From Candidatus Enterousia sp. (GTDB lineage Bacteria; Pseudomonadota; Alphaproteobacteria; Rs-D84), in contig JAZLAZ010000027.1 in the NCBI GenBank assembly GCA_045613445.1, positions 674 through 64,673 of the forward strand: a DNA stretch of 64,000 bases. The letters are read 5' to 3'. This document shows, one piece after another, positions 41,331 to 51,775 of the stretch; the first letter of the stretch is position 1, and each line of letters opens with the position of its first letter. The position numbers and the translations under genes are program-made. The notes below the pieces were generated by a model, which saw only the letters and a program-made list of their open reading frames with translations, searched no databases and was not told the origin of the DNA.

Positions 41331-43511
41331 GTGAGAAACAGTTTCAATAAATTTCTTTGTATTTTCATTGGATTATCTGCGCTTTGTGCAGTTGCACATG
41401 CAGTAACGCCATTTTCAAAATATGGCGTGATTCAGAATGTTCAGAATTATTCTACGAACCCGTTTTGGAATCCAAATTCACCATATCATAATACAAATAT
41501 GCCACAACCGGTATATGCCACTGGTCCAGATGTAAACACAGATGAATGTCAACGCATCGTAACCAGTTTGGTCACAGTTCAATGTATGAACATGAACAAC
41601 TGTATTGATGCACAAATCAGCGATATACGACCTGCAATTATGTTGCAGTTATCGCGCATGACTGGTGGCAATTATGCAACTGCATGCGGTGGCTATTTAG
41701 ACGGTGCGTTTAATGATTATGTTGCACAATACGCAAATGCTGCGCCACATGGTGCTGCAACAGCATTTCCAAATGCAGTCATGCCAAATCCAAACGCATC
41801 TGGCACAGCAATCCAAATTCCAAATCCATTGGCACCCCAAGCACCTGATTGGGCAACCGACATGATGGAACGCAAACAGGAATTACAAGAATTACAATCA
41901 TTAAACGGTGCTGGCAATTCTGGTGTATATGCTGCAAATTTTCCAACCACATATGCCGATTTATCTTTTTCAGAACGCATGGAAAACGCCCAGGCTGGAT
42001 ATGAACCATATAAAGACACCAAGGTGTTTCATGAAATAAAAATTGAAGACGAAAAAACATATCTCAATCGCATAAATCGACCAGCAACCACAACAACAAA
42101 TAATTCCGCAACAACAAATAATTCTACAACAACAAACAACGCCCAACCATCACCGGTTGACACGGGTAGCAATACACCAGCAACACCGGCAGAAACCAAC
42201 ACTCCCGCATTGATAACCGAAGATATTCCTGACGAATTCGAAGCCTTACTGCCATGGTATGGCATTTTAATTGTAAAAGCAGGCAGTCTTGACAGATATG
42301 CCAGCCTTGATTTACCAATTGTATCGACAGAATATATGAAATCGCATCGCGATGAATTTTTTCCCGCAAATTCAGACAGGGCACTTGGACTCAGACGTGG
42401 CTGTACACACTCTAATCATACCGCGCACGACAAAGATGTTATCAATCGTGCTGCGCATAAAACAATGGGCGAACAAGACAGTTTTTGGTCAGGCAGTGAT
42501 TTTTATGTATATGATGGCCAAGATGTATATTGGGGATGGGCAACAATTGTTGGCGAAGTTGTATTGGCATTGCTAACCATGGGGATTAGTGCCGAGGCCA
42601 GCGCCGCAGCAGCTGCAGGACAGGCCGCATCTGCAGGACAGGCCGCAGTCGCTGGTGCACAAACAGCACATGGTGCTGTTGCTGCTGCAAGGGGGGTACG
42701 TATATCATCAAATGCATTAAAAATATTCGAATCATCCAGTTCTGCAATCAAGGCTGTAAAACTGACAAAAAATGGAAGCAAAATAGATGACGCTATCAGA
42801 TTGGCCAAAGCTGCAAAAAGCGGCCAAGATACTGCTGCGATAAAGTCGCGTGCCGATGCAGTAAAAGCATTGGCGGACGCTGGCATTACCGTAAAAAAAG
42901 GTCCAAACGCAAATACATTGAAAGCTATTGGTAGAGCATTAGCAACAGCAAAATCTACCGTCAAACCACTAACATGGACATCATCACTGTACAGACCATG
43001 GCGCTTGGTTGCAGCTGGGGTAAAAAACATAAAACCAACAACATCTAAATATCTGGGACGTGGTGCAACATGGGCAACCCGTTTCAAAACGCTGGGGGTT
43101 GTTGGTGGTGCGGTTGGACTAAACTATTTCGGACGTGAACTTCTAAAAGGATTTGGTTACAGTTCTGCTGTGTTACAAGATCCGACAACTGGTGATGTTG
43201 GATTTAACAGTTTTGGATTATTATCCGACGACAATGTCGAAGGACGCGAAAATGTCATATCACATGGCACATGGGTACAATTCGATGCCGTGGGCGGTGC
43301 CAACGAAGACGATGCATTGAACGAGGCAATGCGATTTGCTGAAGAATTGACCAAAGACATCAATTCTATCAATGCATCCGATCCATTATGCGATGTTGAT
43401 ATCTATGTTGTACAACCAGCAATCAGTAACCCAGAAAAAATACCTGGCGCCAGATCAATATATTATATATTGATGAATGACGACATGAAATTAAAAGTTC
43501 GTACAAAATAA
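41331..43511 (+). CDS. Secreted protein with hydrophobic/Ala-rich insert (paralog of 43512..45185)
   Basis: Signal peptide, T/N-rich linker, shared core motifs with the next gene. Confidence 0.75.
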   Translation: MRNSFNKFLCIFIGLSALCAVAHAVTPFSKYGVIQNVQNYSTNPFWNPNSPYHNTNMPQPVYATGPDVNTDECQRIVTSLVTVQCMNMNNCIDAQISDIRPAIMLQLSRMTGGNYATACGGYLDGAFNDYVAQYANAAPHGAATAFPNAVMPNPNASGTAIQIPNPLAPQAPDWATDMMERKQELQELQSLNGAGNSGVYAANFPTTYADLSFSERMENAQAGYEPYKDTKVFHEIKIEDEKTYLNRINRPATTTTNNSATTNNSTTTNNAQPSPVDTGSNTPATPAETNTPALITEDIPDEFEALLPWYGILIVKAGSLDRYASLDLPIVSTEYMKSHRDEFFPANSDRALGLRRGCTHSNHTAHDKDVINRAAHKTMGEQDSFWSGSDFYVYDGQDVYWGWATIVGEVVLALLTMGISAEASAAAAAGQAASAGQAAVAGAQTAHGAVAAARGVRISSNALKIFESSSSAIKAVKLTKNGSKIDDAIRLAKAAKSGQDTAAIKSRADAVKALADAGITVKKGPNANTLKAIGRALATAKSTVKPLTWTSSLYRPWRLVAAGVKNIKPTTSKYLGRGATWATRFKTLGVVGGAVGLNYFGRELLKGFGYSSAVLQDPTTGDVGFNSFGLLSDDNVEGRENVISHGTWVQFDAVGGANEDDALNEAMRFAEELTKDINSINASDPLCDVDIYVVQPAISNPEKIPGARSIYYILMNDDMKLKVRTK

Positions 43512-45185
43512 ATGATATCACGAATCGTTTGTCTTTTTATCTCAATATGTTTACTGCCATCATTATCGCATGCGGTTCAGATCGAAACACCATGTGCAAC
43601 GCAAATTTACGCATCAAAACTGGCACAAACTGTAAGTACAATTGACGAATCCGATGACGAAGAAGTTATCAAACAATGGATTTATTCTATATTTACAAAC
43701 AAAGATACTGTATCCGATATCTTAAAATGTCCAGAATTAAATATCTCTGATAACGCTACGATAAAATTTACCCCCATAAAATATGTATTTCCAATGGGGC
43801 GCGAAGTCGTCATAAATTATGAAACCCAACCAAAAATATTAAAACAACGATTGGCACTGGCAGACAAGCGCGACTTGCCACCTTATGACGCAAACCCACG
43901 CATCGGCGAAATGGGGGATGGAACAATATGGACAAATACAGATCCTGCATGGTATGCAATAATGGTTGTTGAATCTGGTGCATTAAACAATTTTGTTGGT
44001 GAACATAAAAACAACACCATATCAGTTCAATATATACATGATAATATTGACGCCCTGTACCCAAAAAATCGTGGTTGTACAACAAAACACGCACTGGCCC
44101 GTGATTCCAAACCAATCAATCGTGCTGTAAAACAGGCTGTTGATATTGAAAATGATTCAAATGACTATTATGTGGCAGGTGATGCAAATCTGGCATGGAT
44201 TGGATATGCAGAAATCGCAATGGATGTTGCAATAACTGTTGCAACCATGGGCGGTGGCGTATTGATATCAGGCGCCACAAAATCTGCCCGTGCATCACGC
44301 GCATTAAAGGGCATGGCCACATCACTGAAACAATTACGCAATCTGGATTCTGTTCGTGATTACATAAAATATACATCACGCGCAGCACAACTGACAGATG
44401 AAATAAAAAAGTTAGACAAAGTTACCGATGCTGCAAAAATCGCAGAAAAAACAGCCGAACTTGATAAATTAAAAGATGCTATCAAGGGTTTAGAATCAAT
44501 CGATGATGTAAAAAAATATAAGCAGACATCCGAAACCTTTTCAGATTTGAATAAATATCGCAGAACTTTGAACGGAATCAAAGCGTTAAAACAGGCACAG
44601 CGTGGAAATATAATCGCACGCGGCGTCAAGGTTGCAAAAAGTGCAAACGCCGCCATGTCAGGCAATAAATTGATTGCAAAAGGTGCAAAACTAGGTCGCG
44701 CCAGCAAAGTGTCAACCCGTGTAAACGATTGGCTGTTTCATTCAACATTGAAAAACATTGGCATGCTGGGAAAAATGGAAACATTTGGTGGTGCAATTTA
44801 CGGTGGCATACAATTTATTGGTGGCATGATGTATGACTTTACAGAAACCAGCACAGGCGAATTTACAAACGATATTCAATTTCAACCTTTGTTATTATTA
44901 TCCGCAGACGATTTGCAAGGCGGTCAAGCCGATAAAATAAATTATGGAATGTGGTTGATGTGGTCTGGGGATTCGACCAATCCCGCCGATGATGACGCAG
45001 CATATTTGCAAGCAATGGACTTTGCTGCAAAATTCCACGAAGATTTAATGGATGTTCAAAATAACACAAACCGTCCATGTAATGTTGATATATATGTTGC
45101 AAAGCCTATCATACGCAACCCAGGTTCGGCCAATCCAGAATTATACTATCTGATTATGAACGATACGCCATGGACAACAAAATAA
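43512..45185 (+). CDS. Secreted protein with hydrophobic helix and coiled-coil insert (paralog of 41331..43511)
   Basis: Signal peptide; WY.I.+V..G.L, GCT..H, INRA, DYYV, LLS.D, AM.FA, C.VDIYV..P.I.NP, YY++MND. Confidence 0.75.
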   Translation: MISRIVCLFISICLLPSLSHAVQIETPCATQIYASKLAQTVSTIDESDDEEVIKQWIYSIFTNKDTVSDILKCPELNISDNATIKFTPIKYVFPMGREVVINYETQPKILKQRLALADKRDLPPYDANPRIGEMGDGTIWTNTDPAWYAIMVVESGALNNFVGEHKNNTISVQYIHDNIDALYPKNRGCTTKHALARDSKPINRAVKQAVDIENDSNDYYVAGDANLAWIGYAEIAMDVAITVATMGGGVLISGATKSARASRALKGMATSLKQLRNLDSVRDYIKYTSRAAQLTDEIKKLDKVTDAAKIAEKTAELDKLKDAIKGLESIDDVKKYKQTSETFSDLNKYRRTLNGIKALKQAQRGNIIARGVKVAKSANAAMSGNKLIAKGAKLGRASKVSTRVNDWLFHSTLKNIGMLGKMETFGGAIYGGIQFIGGMMYDFTETSTGEFTNDIQFQPLLLLSADDLQGGQADKINYGMWLMWSGDSTNPADDDAAYLQAMDFAAKFHEDLMDVQNNTNRPCNVDIYVAKPIIRNPGSANPELYYLIMNDTPWTTK

Positions 45186-45258
45186 TTCAAATAGATTCCC
45201 ATTGTATTTTTTATAATTTTTAACTATAATGAATATGAGAAAGGCAAGGGGTTAAAAC

Positions 45259-45576
45259 ATGAAAAAGATTTTAGCGTCTACAATTGCTGTAATAATGACA
45301 ATTGCATCTGCAAATGCATATCAGGTTTTATCATCCAAAGAACTGGGTAAAAACGATGCAAAGAATCAAAATATTGTTGTAAAATGCACAACTGATGCGG
45401 GTCGCATATCGAATCAAACATGTTCTTTACGCAGATACGCAAAATGTACCGGCACCGGGAATAACAAGCGTTGCAGCGGCTGGCAACCATGGCGTGATTT
45501 GCGTAATCCATCCACAGCACACAGCAGTTGGCAATCTGCCGCATCTGCATGTTGTCGTGCAAAAGGCTTAAGATAA
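45259..45576 (+). CDS. Small secreted Cys-rich basic protein
   Basis: AAGGGG RBS, signal peptide, six Cys, followed by a terminator. Confidence 0.7.
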   Translation: MKKILASTIAVIMTIASANAYQVLSSKELGKNDAKNQNIVVKCTTDAGRISNQTCSLRRYAKCTGTGNNKRCSGWQPWRDLRNPSTAHSSWQSAASACCRAKGLR

Positions 45577-45616
45577 TAAAAAAACACCCACTTGGGTGTT
45601 TTTTATTAAATCTTTT

Positions 45617-45874
45617 TTATTCAATCCACATCAATGCACGACCTTCAACAGGCTGAACTTTTTCTGGTTTACCCAATGGTACACTATCAAATCTGTTATC
45701 GTTACCAGCAGCCACAGAACGCGCATCCGTACCAACCGGCAAGCGTTCAACATTTACCGTACCCTTGGTTAAATTGCTAGCATTGCTGACATACGACACA
45801 GTTGGCACACTGCCGACCTGTGCAAATGCGCAAAAACAAAACATGCAGAAAAACACCATTGATACAAAACGCAT
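45617..45874 (-). CDS. Small secreted protein with fibre-like ASNLTKGTV...RLP motif
   Basis: AGGAG RBS before MRFVSMVFFCMFCFCAFA signal peptide. Confidence 0.6.
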   Translation of the reverse strand: MRFVSMVFFCMFCFCAFAQVGSVPTVSYVSNASNLTKGTVNVERLPVGTDARSVAAGNDNRFDSVPLGKPEKVQPVEGRALMWIE

Positions 45875-45940
45875 ATTCTTTCTCCTTGAACTTATGTTCA
45901 TAATCATAACATATTTTGCTACCCAAATCCAACATTTTTT

Positions 45941-47068
45941 TTATTTCAATACATCTGCCGCAATCAAAGCTGCCGCCCCCCCATCTGGTTTACGCCACAA
46001 ATCATCTGCACCTGCCAATGCTTCTACCATTTTTTTGCGCTTTGACGGTATTATTACCTGTTGTACTGCTTCCAAAACACATTCTGCATTTGCATCCCCG
46101 CCCAAACATTCTGGATATACACCACAATTTAACAAAATATTTACCAGTGACACCCACTTTACTTGAATCAATTTGCGCCCAATCCAAGTCGTTATCGGAT
46201 TCATTTTATACACAACAACAGTTGGAATATGCAACATTGCCAGTTCCGCTGACACGGTGCCACTGGCTGCAATCGCGATATATGTTTTGGCATATACATT
46301 ATATCTATCAGACGAACTAATCAACTGTGGTTTAACAGGCCATTTTTTCACTACCTGTCTGATATAATCATCAGTCGTTTCAACTGTTGGTATCACGAAT
46401 TGATATTTACTGTAGCCATTACGCACCAACATGTCCACAACATCACGCATCAACGGCAACAATCGTTTAACCTCACTAATTCTGCTGCCTGGAATAAGAG
46501 TAATAATTTTATCTGCATTTTCTGTTTTATACTTACCAATCAAACCATCTGCAATCGGATGCCCAACCGCAACTGTATCCAAACCATACTTGGTAAAATA
46601 GGGCACTTCAAAATCAAAAAAAGCATACAACTTATCAAAAAGTTTTGCATATTTTTTTGCACGCCCAGATCGCCATGCCCAAACCTGAGGCGCAACAACA
46701 TGATGGAACTTTAATCCATTTTTAATCAACGCCTTGCCTGCATCACTGTTACGCACTTGTTTGATTACGCTTCTTGCAAACCCAGGAGAATCGATAGTTA
46801 GAACAACATCTGGCTGACATTCTAATATTGCATCCACCGTCTGTTTAATACGACGGGTCAATGTTTTTGCATGCATTAAAACTTCTATGATTCCCATAAC
46901 AGATAAATCACCCATCGGGAACAATGATTTTAGCCCTGCGCGTTGCATATTTTCACCACCAATACCGACGAATTCAGCCGATTTAGCATGTGACATAATA
47001 TGCCCGCCTAAAACATCACCAGAAACTTCACCAGCAATTATAAAGATGCGTTTTTTCTTATTCTGCAT
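45941..47068 (-). CDS. lpxB: Lipid-A-disaccharide synthase
   Basis: IAGEVSGD, IDSPGF, APQVWAWR, VGHP, PGSR..E, SGT...E. Start 47068. Confidence 0.95.
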   Translation of the reverse strand: MQNKKKRIFIIAGEVSGDVLGGHIMSHAKSAEFVGIGGENMQRAGLKSLFPMGDLSVMGIIEVLMHAKTLTRRIKQTVDAILECQPDVVLTIDSPGFARSVIKQVRNSDAGKALIKNGLKFHHVVAPQVWAWRSGRAKKYAKLFDKLYAFFDFEVPYFTKYGLDTVAVGHPIADGLIGKYKTENADKIITLIPGSRISEVKRLLPLMRDVVDMLVRNGYSKYQFVIPTVETTDDYIRQVVKKWPVKPQLISSSDRYNVYAKTYIAIAASGTVSAELAMLHIPTVVVYKMNPITTWIGRKLIQVKWVSLVNILLNCGVYPECLGGDANAECVLEAVQQVIIPSKRKKMVEALAGADDLWRKPDGGAAALIAADVLK

Positions 47069-47855
47069 TTTTGGCTGTACCAATTCCGCGTTTTGAACGA
47101 TTTTCAATAAAATCAATTGCATCCATTGCATACTTGTTGTTTTTTACTTCTTTGCGCACCTTGGCCAACCGTTCTGCAACAGTACCGTCATCTGCACGGA
47201 ACACAGCAGAATAAACAGCATGAATTGCATGCATATCTTCATTTGAAAAACCGTGACGCATCAAACCGACACGATTGATTGTACGATATACAGCACGCGC
47301 ACCATCATAAATTGCATATGGCAATACATCATTTCCAACCCCAGACATACCGCCAACAAATGCGTTACGCCCAATACGCGCAAATTGCAATACCATTGCA
47401 CCACCAGACAAAATTGCAAAATCTTCAACTTCTACATGTCCAGCAACCTGAACCAAATTAGACATAACAACACTGTTTCCAATTTTACAGTCATGTCCGA
47501 CATGCGCATTTACCATAATTTGACAATCATCACCAATTACCGTGCCATCAGATGCCGGCGTTCCAGAATGTATTGTAACATATTCGCGAATTTTGCATCT
47601 TTTACCGATACGCAATCCGGTCATCGTAGCTTCATCTTGCCATTTCAAATCCTGACTCATTACGCCCAGCACTGCGAAAGGATAGACAATTGAATCATCA
47701 CCAATCGATGTTTTACCATCAATAACAACATGTGAAATCAGTTCAACACGATCACCCAAAACGACATTTGGGCCAACAATACAATATGGACCAATTTTAC
47801 AATCTGCGCCCAATTTTGCACCTTCTTGAATAATTGCTGTTGGATGTATTTGCAT
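47058..47855 (-). CDS. lpxA: UDP-N-acetylglucosamine O-acyltransferase
   Basis: IHPTAII hexapeptide repeats, IREYVTIH.GT, HVGHDC. Confidence 0.95.
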   Translation of the reverse strand: MQIHPTAIIQEGAKLGADCKIGPYCIVGPNVVLGDRVELISHVVIDGKTSIGDDSIVYPFAVLGVMSQDLKWQDEATMTGLRIGKRCKIREYVTIHSGTPASDGTVIGDDCQIMVNAHVGHDCKIGNSVVMSNLVQVAGHVEVEDFAILSGGAMVLQFARIGRNAFVGGMSGVGNDVLPYAIYDGARAVYRTINRVGLMRHGFSNEDMHAIHAVYSAVFRADDGTVAERLAKVRKEVKNNKYAMDAIDFIENRSKRGIGTAKNAE

Positions 47856-47939
47856 AATAATTCTCACTTTTACTATATATTAAACATGCTGAATAATATA
47901 CTATTGTGGCAAGAATTTGTATTCAATAAATATAACAAA

Positions 47940-48938
47940 TTATAACAACACCTTGAAATCATTCCAGAAATCTACTTTGGAAGTATCTTTGGAAACAACC
48001 TTCCAAAAAATCAATCCCATCGCACATATCACAGGCATTACTGTAATAATACCAAAACTGATTAAACTGATTGCAAACAGTTTATTTCCCAGTCCATACA
48101 GTGGATTTGTAGCATGAATCACAGACAACACAAACATCGCAGCACATATTACCATTACCCCAGCATAAACAGGCACAGCTTCGGTCAAAACGAACAATGA
48201 CATCGCCAACAAAGTCAAAACACGTCCCAACCACTTTAATTTTACAAACACTGATTTATGAATTTTACCCAACGGCTTGACATTTGACGCCACAACTGCT
48301 CCAACCGCCGAAACAACAAATACCAACACAGATAATAAATGCCAAACTGTCAAATTTCCCAACTGACCAAATCTAAAAAATTCAGGCTGCATCAATATCG
48401 CCATCATTGTTGTCATCATAACCAAAACACAACCGCCCATCGGCCGCATTTTTCCACCTGCGACACGACCGCAAACAGCACCTAAAAACAACGCGCTGAT
48501 TTGCAATATTGGCCCCCACCACGCATGCATATCCGACATGCCAACAAACAACAAAACCACAAATACAACCAACCATTGTTTCCACCCCTTGTGTGGCAAG
48601 GGATATTCGCGTACATGTGAAGACACAAATAACGCTGACAAAAATACAATAACTGCAGTCAACATCGGCAAAACAGACAAATCATCACGCAAAACGGCAT
48701 AATTACCACCAAACAAGACAACCCATATAAAAATAAAAATTACAGTCCAAACAGATACTTGCGACAACAAATTATCACGATTCCAACCGATGCGTTTGAT
48801 AAAATCACCCGCGTATAAATAAACCATATAGAATAACGGCAACATCAAAACAGCCCACCATAAAAACGCAGGGCCAACCAATGCAGCATTATTAAATGCA
48901 CTAACTGCGCTTTGCACAACAGAAACATAATCAAACAT
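47940..48938 (-). CDS. Polytopic membrane protein of unknown function
   Basis: About 10 hydrophobic segments. Confidence 0.7.
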   Translation of the reverse strand: MFDYVSVVQSAVSAFNNAALVGPAFLWWAVLMLPLFYMVYLYAGDFIKRIGWNRDNLLSQVSVWTVIFIFIWVVLFGGNYAVLRDDLSVLPMLTAVIVFLSALFVSSHVREYPLPHKGWKQWLVVFVVLLFVGMSDMHAWWGPILQISALFLGAVCGRVAGGKMRPMGGCVLVMMTTMMAILMQPEFFRFGQLGNLTVWHLLSVLVFVVSAVGAVVASNVKPLGKIHKSVFVKLKWLGRVLTLLAMSLFVLTEAVPVYAGVMVICAAMFVLSVIHATNPLYGLGNKLFAISLISFGIITVMPVICAMGLIFWKVVSKDTSKVDFWNDFKVLL

Positions 48939-48978
48939 ATACTTGCCTTTTAACTTTTTATATTTATTATAAATACCA

Positions 48979-49665
48979 ATGAGTACAAAACAAGCAATTT
49001 TTACCTTGATGGGTGGTCGTGTCGAAATGCACCGCAGTTTTTACAACCCGACATCAGATGCTGTGTGGTTGGCCGCATTTGCACCGACACACGCAAAAAC
49101 CGTTCTGGATGTTGGCATTGGTACAGGCGGCGTATCATTGTGTTTATTAGCACACAATTCAGAAGCCCAAATTACAGGCATTGACAATTCACCAGAAATG
49201 CTGGACGAATGTCGCAAGAACATCGTACTAAACAATCGCACAATAGAGTTGATAGAAGAGGATATATTCAAATGGAAAACCGAACGCACATTTGATTTAG
49301 TCATCACGAATCCTCCTTATTTTACAGGCACACCAGCGCGTCATCATGCGCATCATAATGTTGATTTGACCAGATGGGTTGCGCGTTGCATGTGCAGACT
49401 ACGTTCAATGGGAACATTTTGCATAATCACAGACGCAACAACAATTGCGATTGTTTTACCAGAAATGACAAAAAAGCTGGCCGACATTAAAATATTTCCA
49501 TTATTTGGTGGCAAAGATACTGCCGAACGCGTTTTAATATCTGGCCGCTTAGGCACACGCGGTATCAGTTCTGTTCATCGCGGATTATCAATGAATTATG
49601 AACCAGTTTTGCGTGATGGCTTGACTATTGAAGAAGCGTTGTCTAAAATATCCCAGACATGTTAA
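48979..49665 (+). CDS. SAM-dependent N6-adenine methyltransferase (TrmN6/YfiC-like)
   Basis: DAVWLAAF, LDVGIGTG, NPPY. Confidence 0.8.
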   Translation: MSTKQAIFTLMGGRVEMHRSFYNPTSDAVWLAAFAPTHAKTVLDVGIGTGGVSLCLLAHNSEAQITGIDNSPEMLDECRKNIVLNNRTIELIEEDIFKWKTERTFDLVITNPPYFTGTPARHHAHHNVDLTRWVARCMCRLRSMGTFCIITDATTIAIVLPEMTKKLADIKIFPLFGGKDTAERVLISGRLGTRGISSVHRGLSMNYEPVLRDGLTIEEALSKISQTC

Positions 49666-50939
49666 ACTTTATAACACGATATTTTACATCACTGTGGGCA
49701 TTTGTCACATCGCCATTTCGTGCGATATGGCGTATAATTTCACGCATTTTCCCACCGCGTCAGTTTACAGTAATGGACACCCCGAACGGTAATGTGTATT
49801 CGTACGAACAAAGCAGTTTTTGGCGTTTTACACGCTTTTGTGGCAAGGTTGGATTATTTTTATGGGCAACATGGTCTACATATGTTTTTGTGTACCATCG
49901 TCCATTATTACAAATGCGCACACAACAGCTGGAACAAGTTCGTGACACGCATTCACGTCACATGACAGACTTACAAACATACCTGGCAAAGTACACAACA
50001 TTGGCGCGCGACTTGAACATTATCGACGACAAAATCCTGAATGCCAAAGACAAAACAGACAAAGAAAAAGAATCATTGATGAACAGTCGCAGCAAGACAT
50101 GGGGCGAATTAGAATTCTTGCGCACACGCATTGTCGAAATGTTAAAAGACGAAGATTACACCCCAGAACATACAAAAATGTCAGAACTATCGACTGAATA
50201 TGAGCTGACACGCGCTGAAAATGACGAATTAAAGAAACGCAACACTCAAATGCTAGAAGCAATGTTACAAATTGCCGAAGCAGACAACATCATCGTTGAT
50301 ACTGTGGGCAGTTTAACCAAGACCAACACTGATGAATTACACAAAAATATAAAACAAATCAATAACACTCTTTCGACATTGGGGTTAAACGAAAAAGCAC
50401 TTATACGCAGTGTAAATAAATACTCTAATCCACTGGTCGGATCTGCATTTACACCTATTGAATTTAACAAAGATTTAGATGAAAAATATCAAAAACTAGC
50501 AGATGGTTTGGAACGCTGGAACGGTCTGCGTCGCTTAAATGAAGTTTTACCACTGGGCAAGCCTGTTAAATCCAGAATTACATCAAATTATGGTACACGC
50601 AACGATCCATTTACAGGCAAACCGAAAAAGCATCGTGGCATTGATTTTGCAGGAAAAATCGGCACAGAATTGATGGCTGTCGCCCCAGGTCGTGTTGTAT
50701 CTGCGGGCGAACGCGTTGGGTATGGCACAACCGTTGAAATTGATCATGGACTTGGGTTTACAACACTGTATGCACACTTGTCCCAAATAAATGTATCGCG
50801 TGGCGACTGGGTTCGCCCAGGCACAGTAATTGGTTTGGCTGGTTCTTCTGGCCGTTCAACTGGTCCGCACTTGCATTACGAAATCAGATACAAGGGCGCA
50901 CCATTTGATCCAACAAAATTCGTACAAGGGGAAAAATAA
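49659..50939 (+). CDS. M23 peptidase with N-terminal TM and coiled coil
   Basis: ITSNYG.R.DPF, HRGID, YAHL, STGPHLHYE. Confidence 0.92.
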   Translation: MLNFITRYFTSLWAFVTSPFRAIWRIISRIFPPRQFTVMDTPNGNVYSYEQSSFWRFTRFCGKVGLFLWATWSTYVFVYHRPLLQMRTQQLEQVRDTHSRHMTDLQTYLAKYTTLARDLNIIDDKILNAKDKTDKEKESLMNSRSKTWGELEFLRTRIVEMLKDEDYTPEHTKMSELSTEYELTRAENDELKKRNTQMLEAMLQIAEADNIIVDTVGSLTKTNTDELHKNIKQINNTLSTLGLNEKALIRSVNKYSNPLVGSAFTPIEFNKDLDEKYQKLADGLERWNGLRRLNEVLPLGKPVKSRITSNYGTRNDPFTGKPKKHRGIDFAGKIGTELMAVAPGRVVSAGERVGYGTTVEIDHGLGFTTLYAHLSQINVSRGDWVRPGTVIGLAGSSGRSTGPHLHYEIRYKGAPFDPTKFVQGEK

Positions 50940-50940
50940 A

Positions 50941-51306
50941 ATGCTGGCATTTACAAACGCATCAGAAAAACAATCGCCGACCGTCATTGGGGCAGGCTGC
51001 AAACTAACAGGCGACATAAAAACAGACCATAATGTACAAATTCATGGTGAAGTTGTTGGTAATATCACAGCAGAAACAGTTGTTATTGGTCGTGGTGGGA
51101 TTGTTATTGGTGACATAAATGCACCTGTATTATTTTTACATGGCACACTGGATGGTTCTGCAACGGTCAACACAGCCAATATTTTTAATGCCGCAAAAAT
51201 GACAGGGACACTGGCATACAACACATTGAACATTACAGGCAACACAGGTCTGGATTGTAAATTATCGAAACGCAAGGAAAATAAAAAAGGAAAAACCAAT
51301 GAATAA
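50941..51306 (+). CDS. Bactofilin (polymer-forming cytoskeletal protein)
   Basis: TVIG.G....GDI...G.V.G.I beta-helix repeats; canonical position after an M23 gene. Confidence 0.85.
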   Translation: MLAFTNASEKQSPTVIGAGCKLTGDIKTDHNVQIHGEVVGNITAETVVIGRGGIVIGDINAPVLFLHGTLDGSATVNTANIFNAAKMTGTLAYNTLNITGNTGLDCKLSKRKENKKGKTNE

Positions 51307-51745
51307 AAATGTATCACGTGTTTTTATTGCGGCAGACCATCGTGGGGTCGGTCTAAAGTTATACTTGATTGAAATGTTGGCCGCAGCCGGATACAACACT
51401 GTAAATCTGGGCGTTGACGACCCGAACACATCTGTTGATTATCCTGATATTGCGGCGACACTGGCGGATGCCATGTTGAACGAACCAGATTCCCGTGGCA
51501 TTATTATTTGTGGTACAGGAGCAGGAATTATGATTGCTGCAAACAGATACAAGCACATTCGCGCATCGCGTTGCAATACACCAAATCAGGCACGCGACGA
51601 CCGTTTTCACGATGACACAAATGTAATTGCATTGGCGGCAGATGATATCGATATCGAAGTTGCATTTCTGTGTGTCCAAGCATTCTTGGAATCACCATTT
51701 GATGCATCAGAGCGTCGCATTCGTCGCATACAAAAGATATCATAA
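51299..51745 (+). CDS. rpiB: Ribose-5-phosphate isomerase B
   Basis: ADHRG, DYPD, ICGTGAGI.IAANR. Confidence 0.92.
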   Translation: MNKNVSRVFIAADHRGVGLKLYLIEMLAAAGYNTVNLGVDDPNTSVDYPDIAATLADAMLNEPDSRGIIICGTGAGIMIAANRYKHIRASRCNTPNQARDDRFHDDTNVIALAADDIDIEVAFLCVQAFLESPFDASERRIRRIQKIS

Positions 51746-51775
51746 AAAAATCCCCCAAACTGGGGGATTTTTTTA
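51742..51775. repeat. 34-bp direct repeat / bidirectional terminator (left copy)
   Basis: ATAAAAAAATCCCCCAAACTGGGGGATTTTTTTA, identical to 53843-53876. Confidence 0.95.

Noticed and set aside
42085-42140. Short ACAACAACAAATAATTC-like tandem repeats
   Set aside because: They encode a Thr/Asn linker in frame; there are no spacers, so this is not a CRISPR array.
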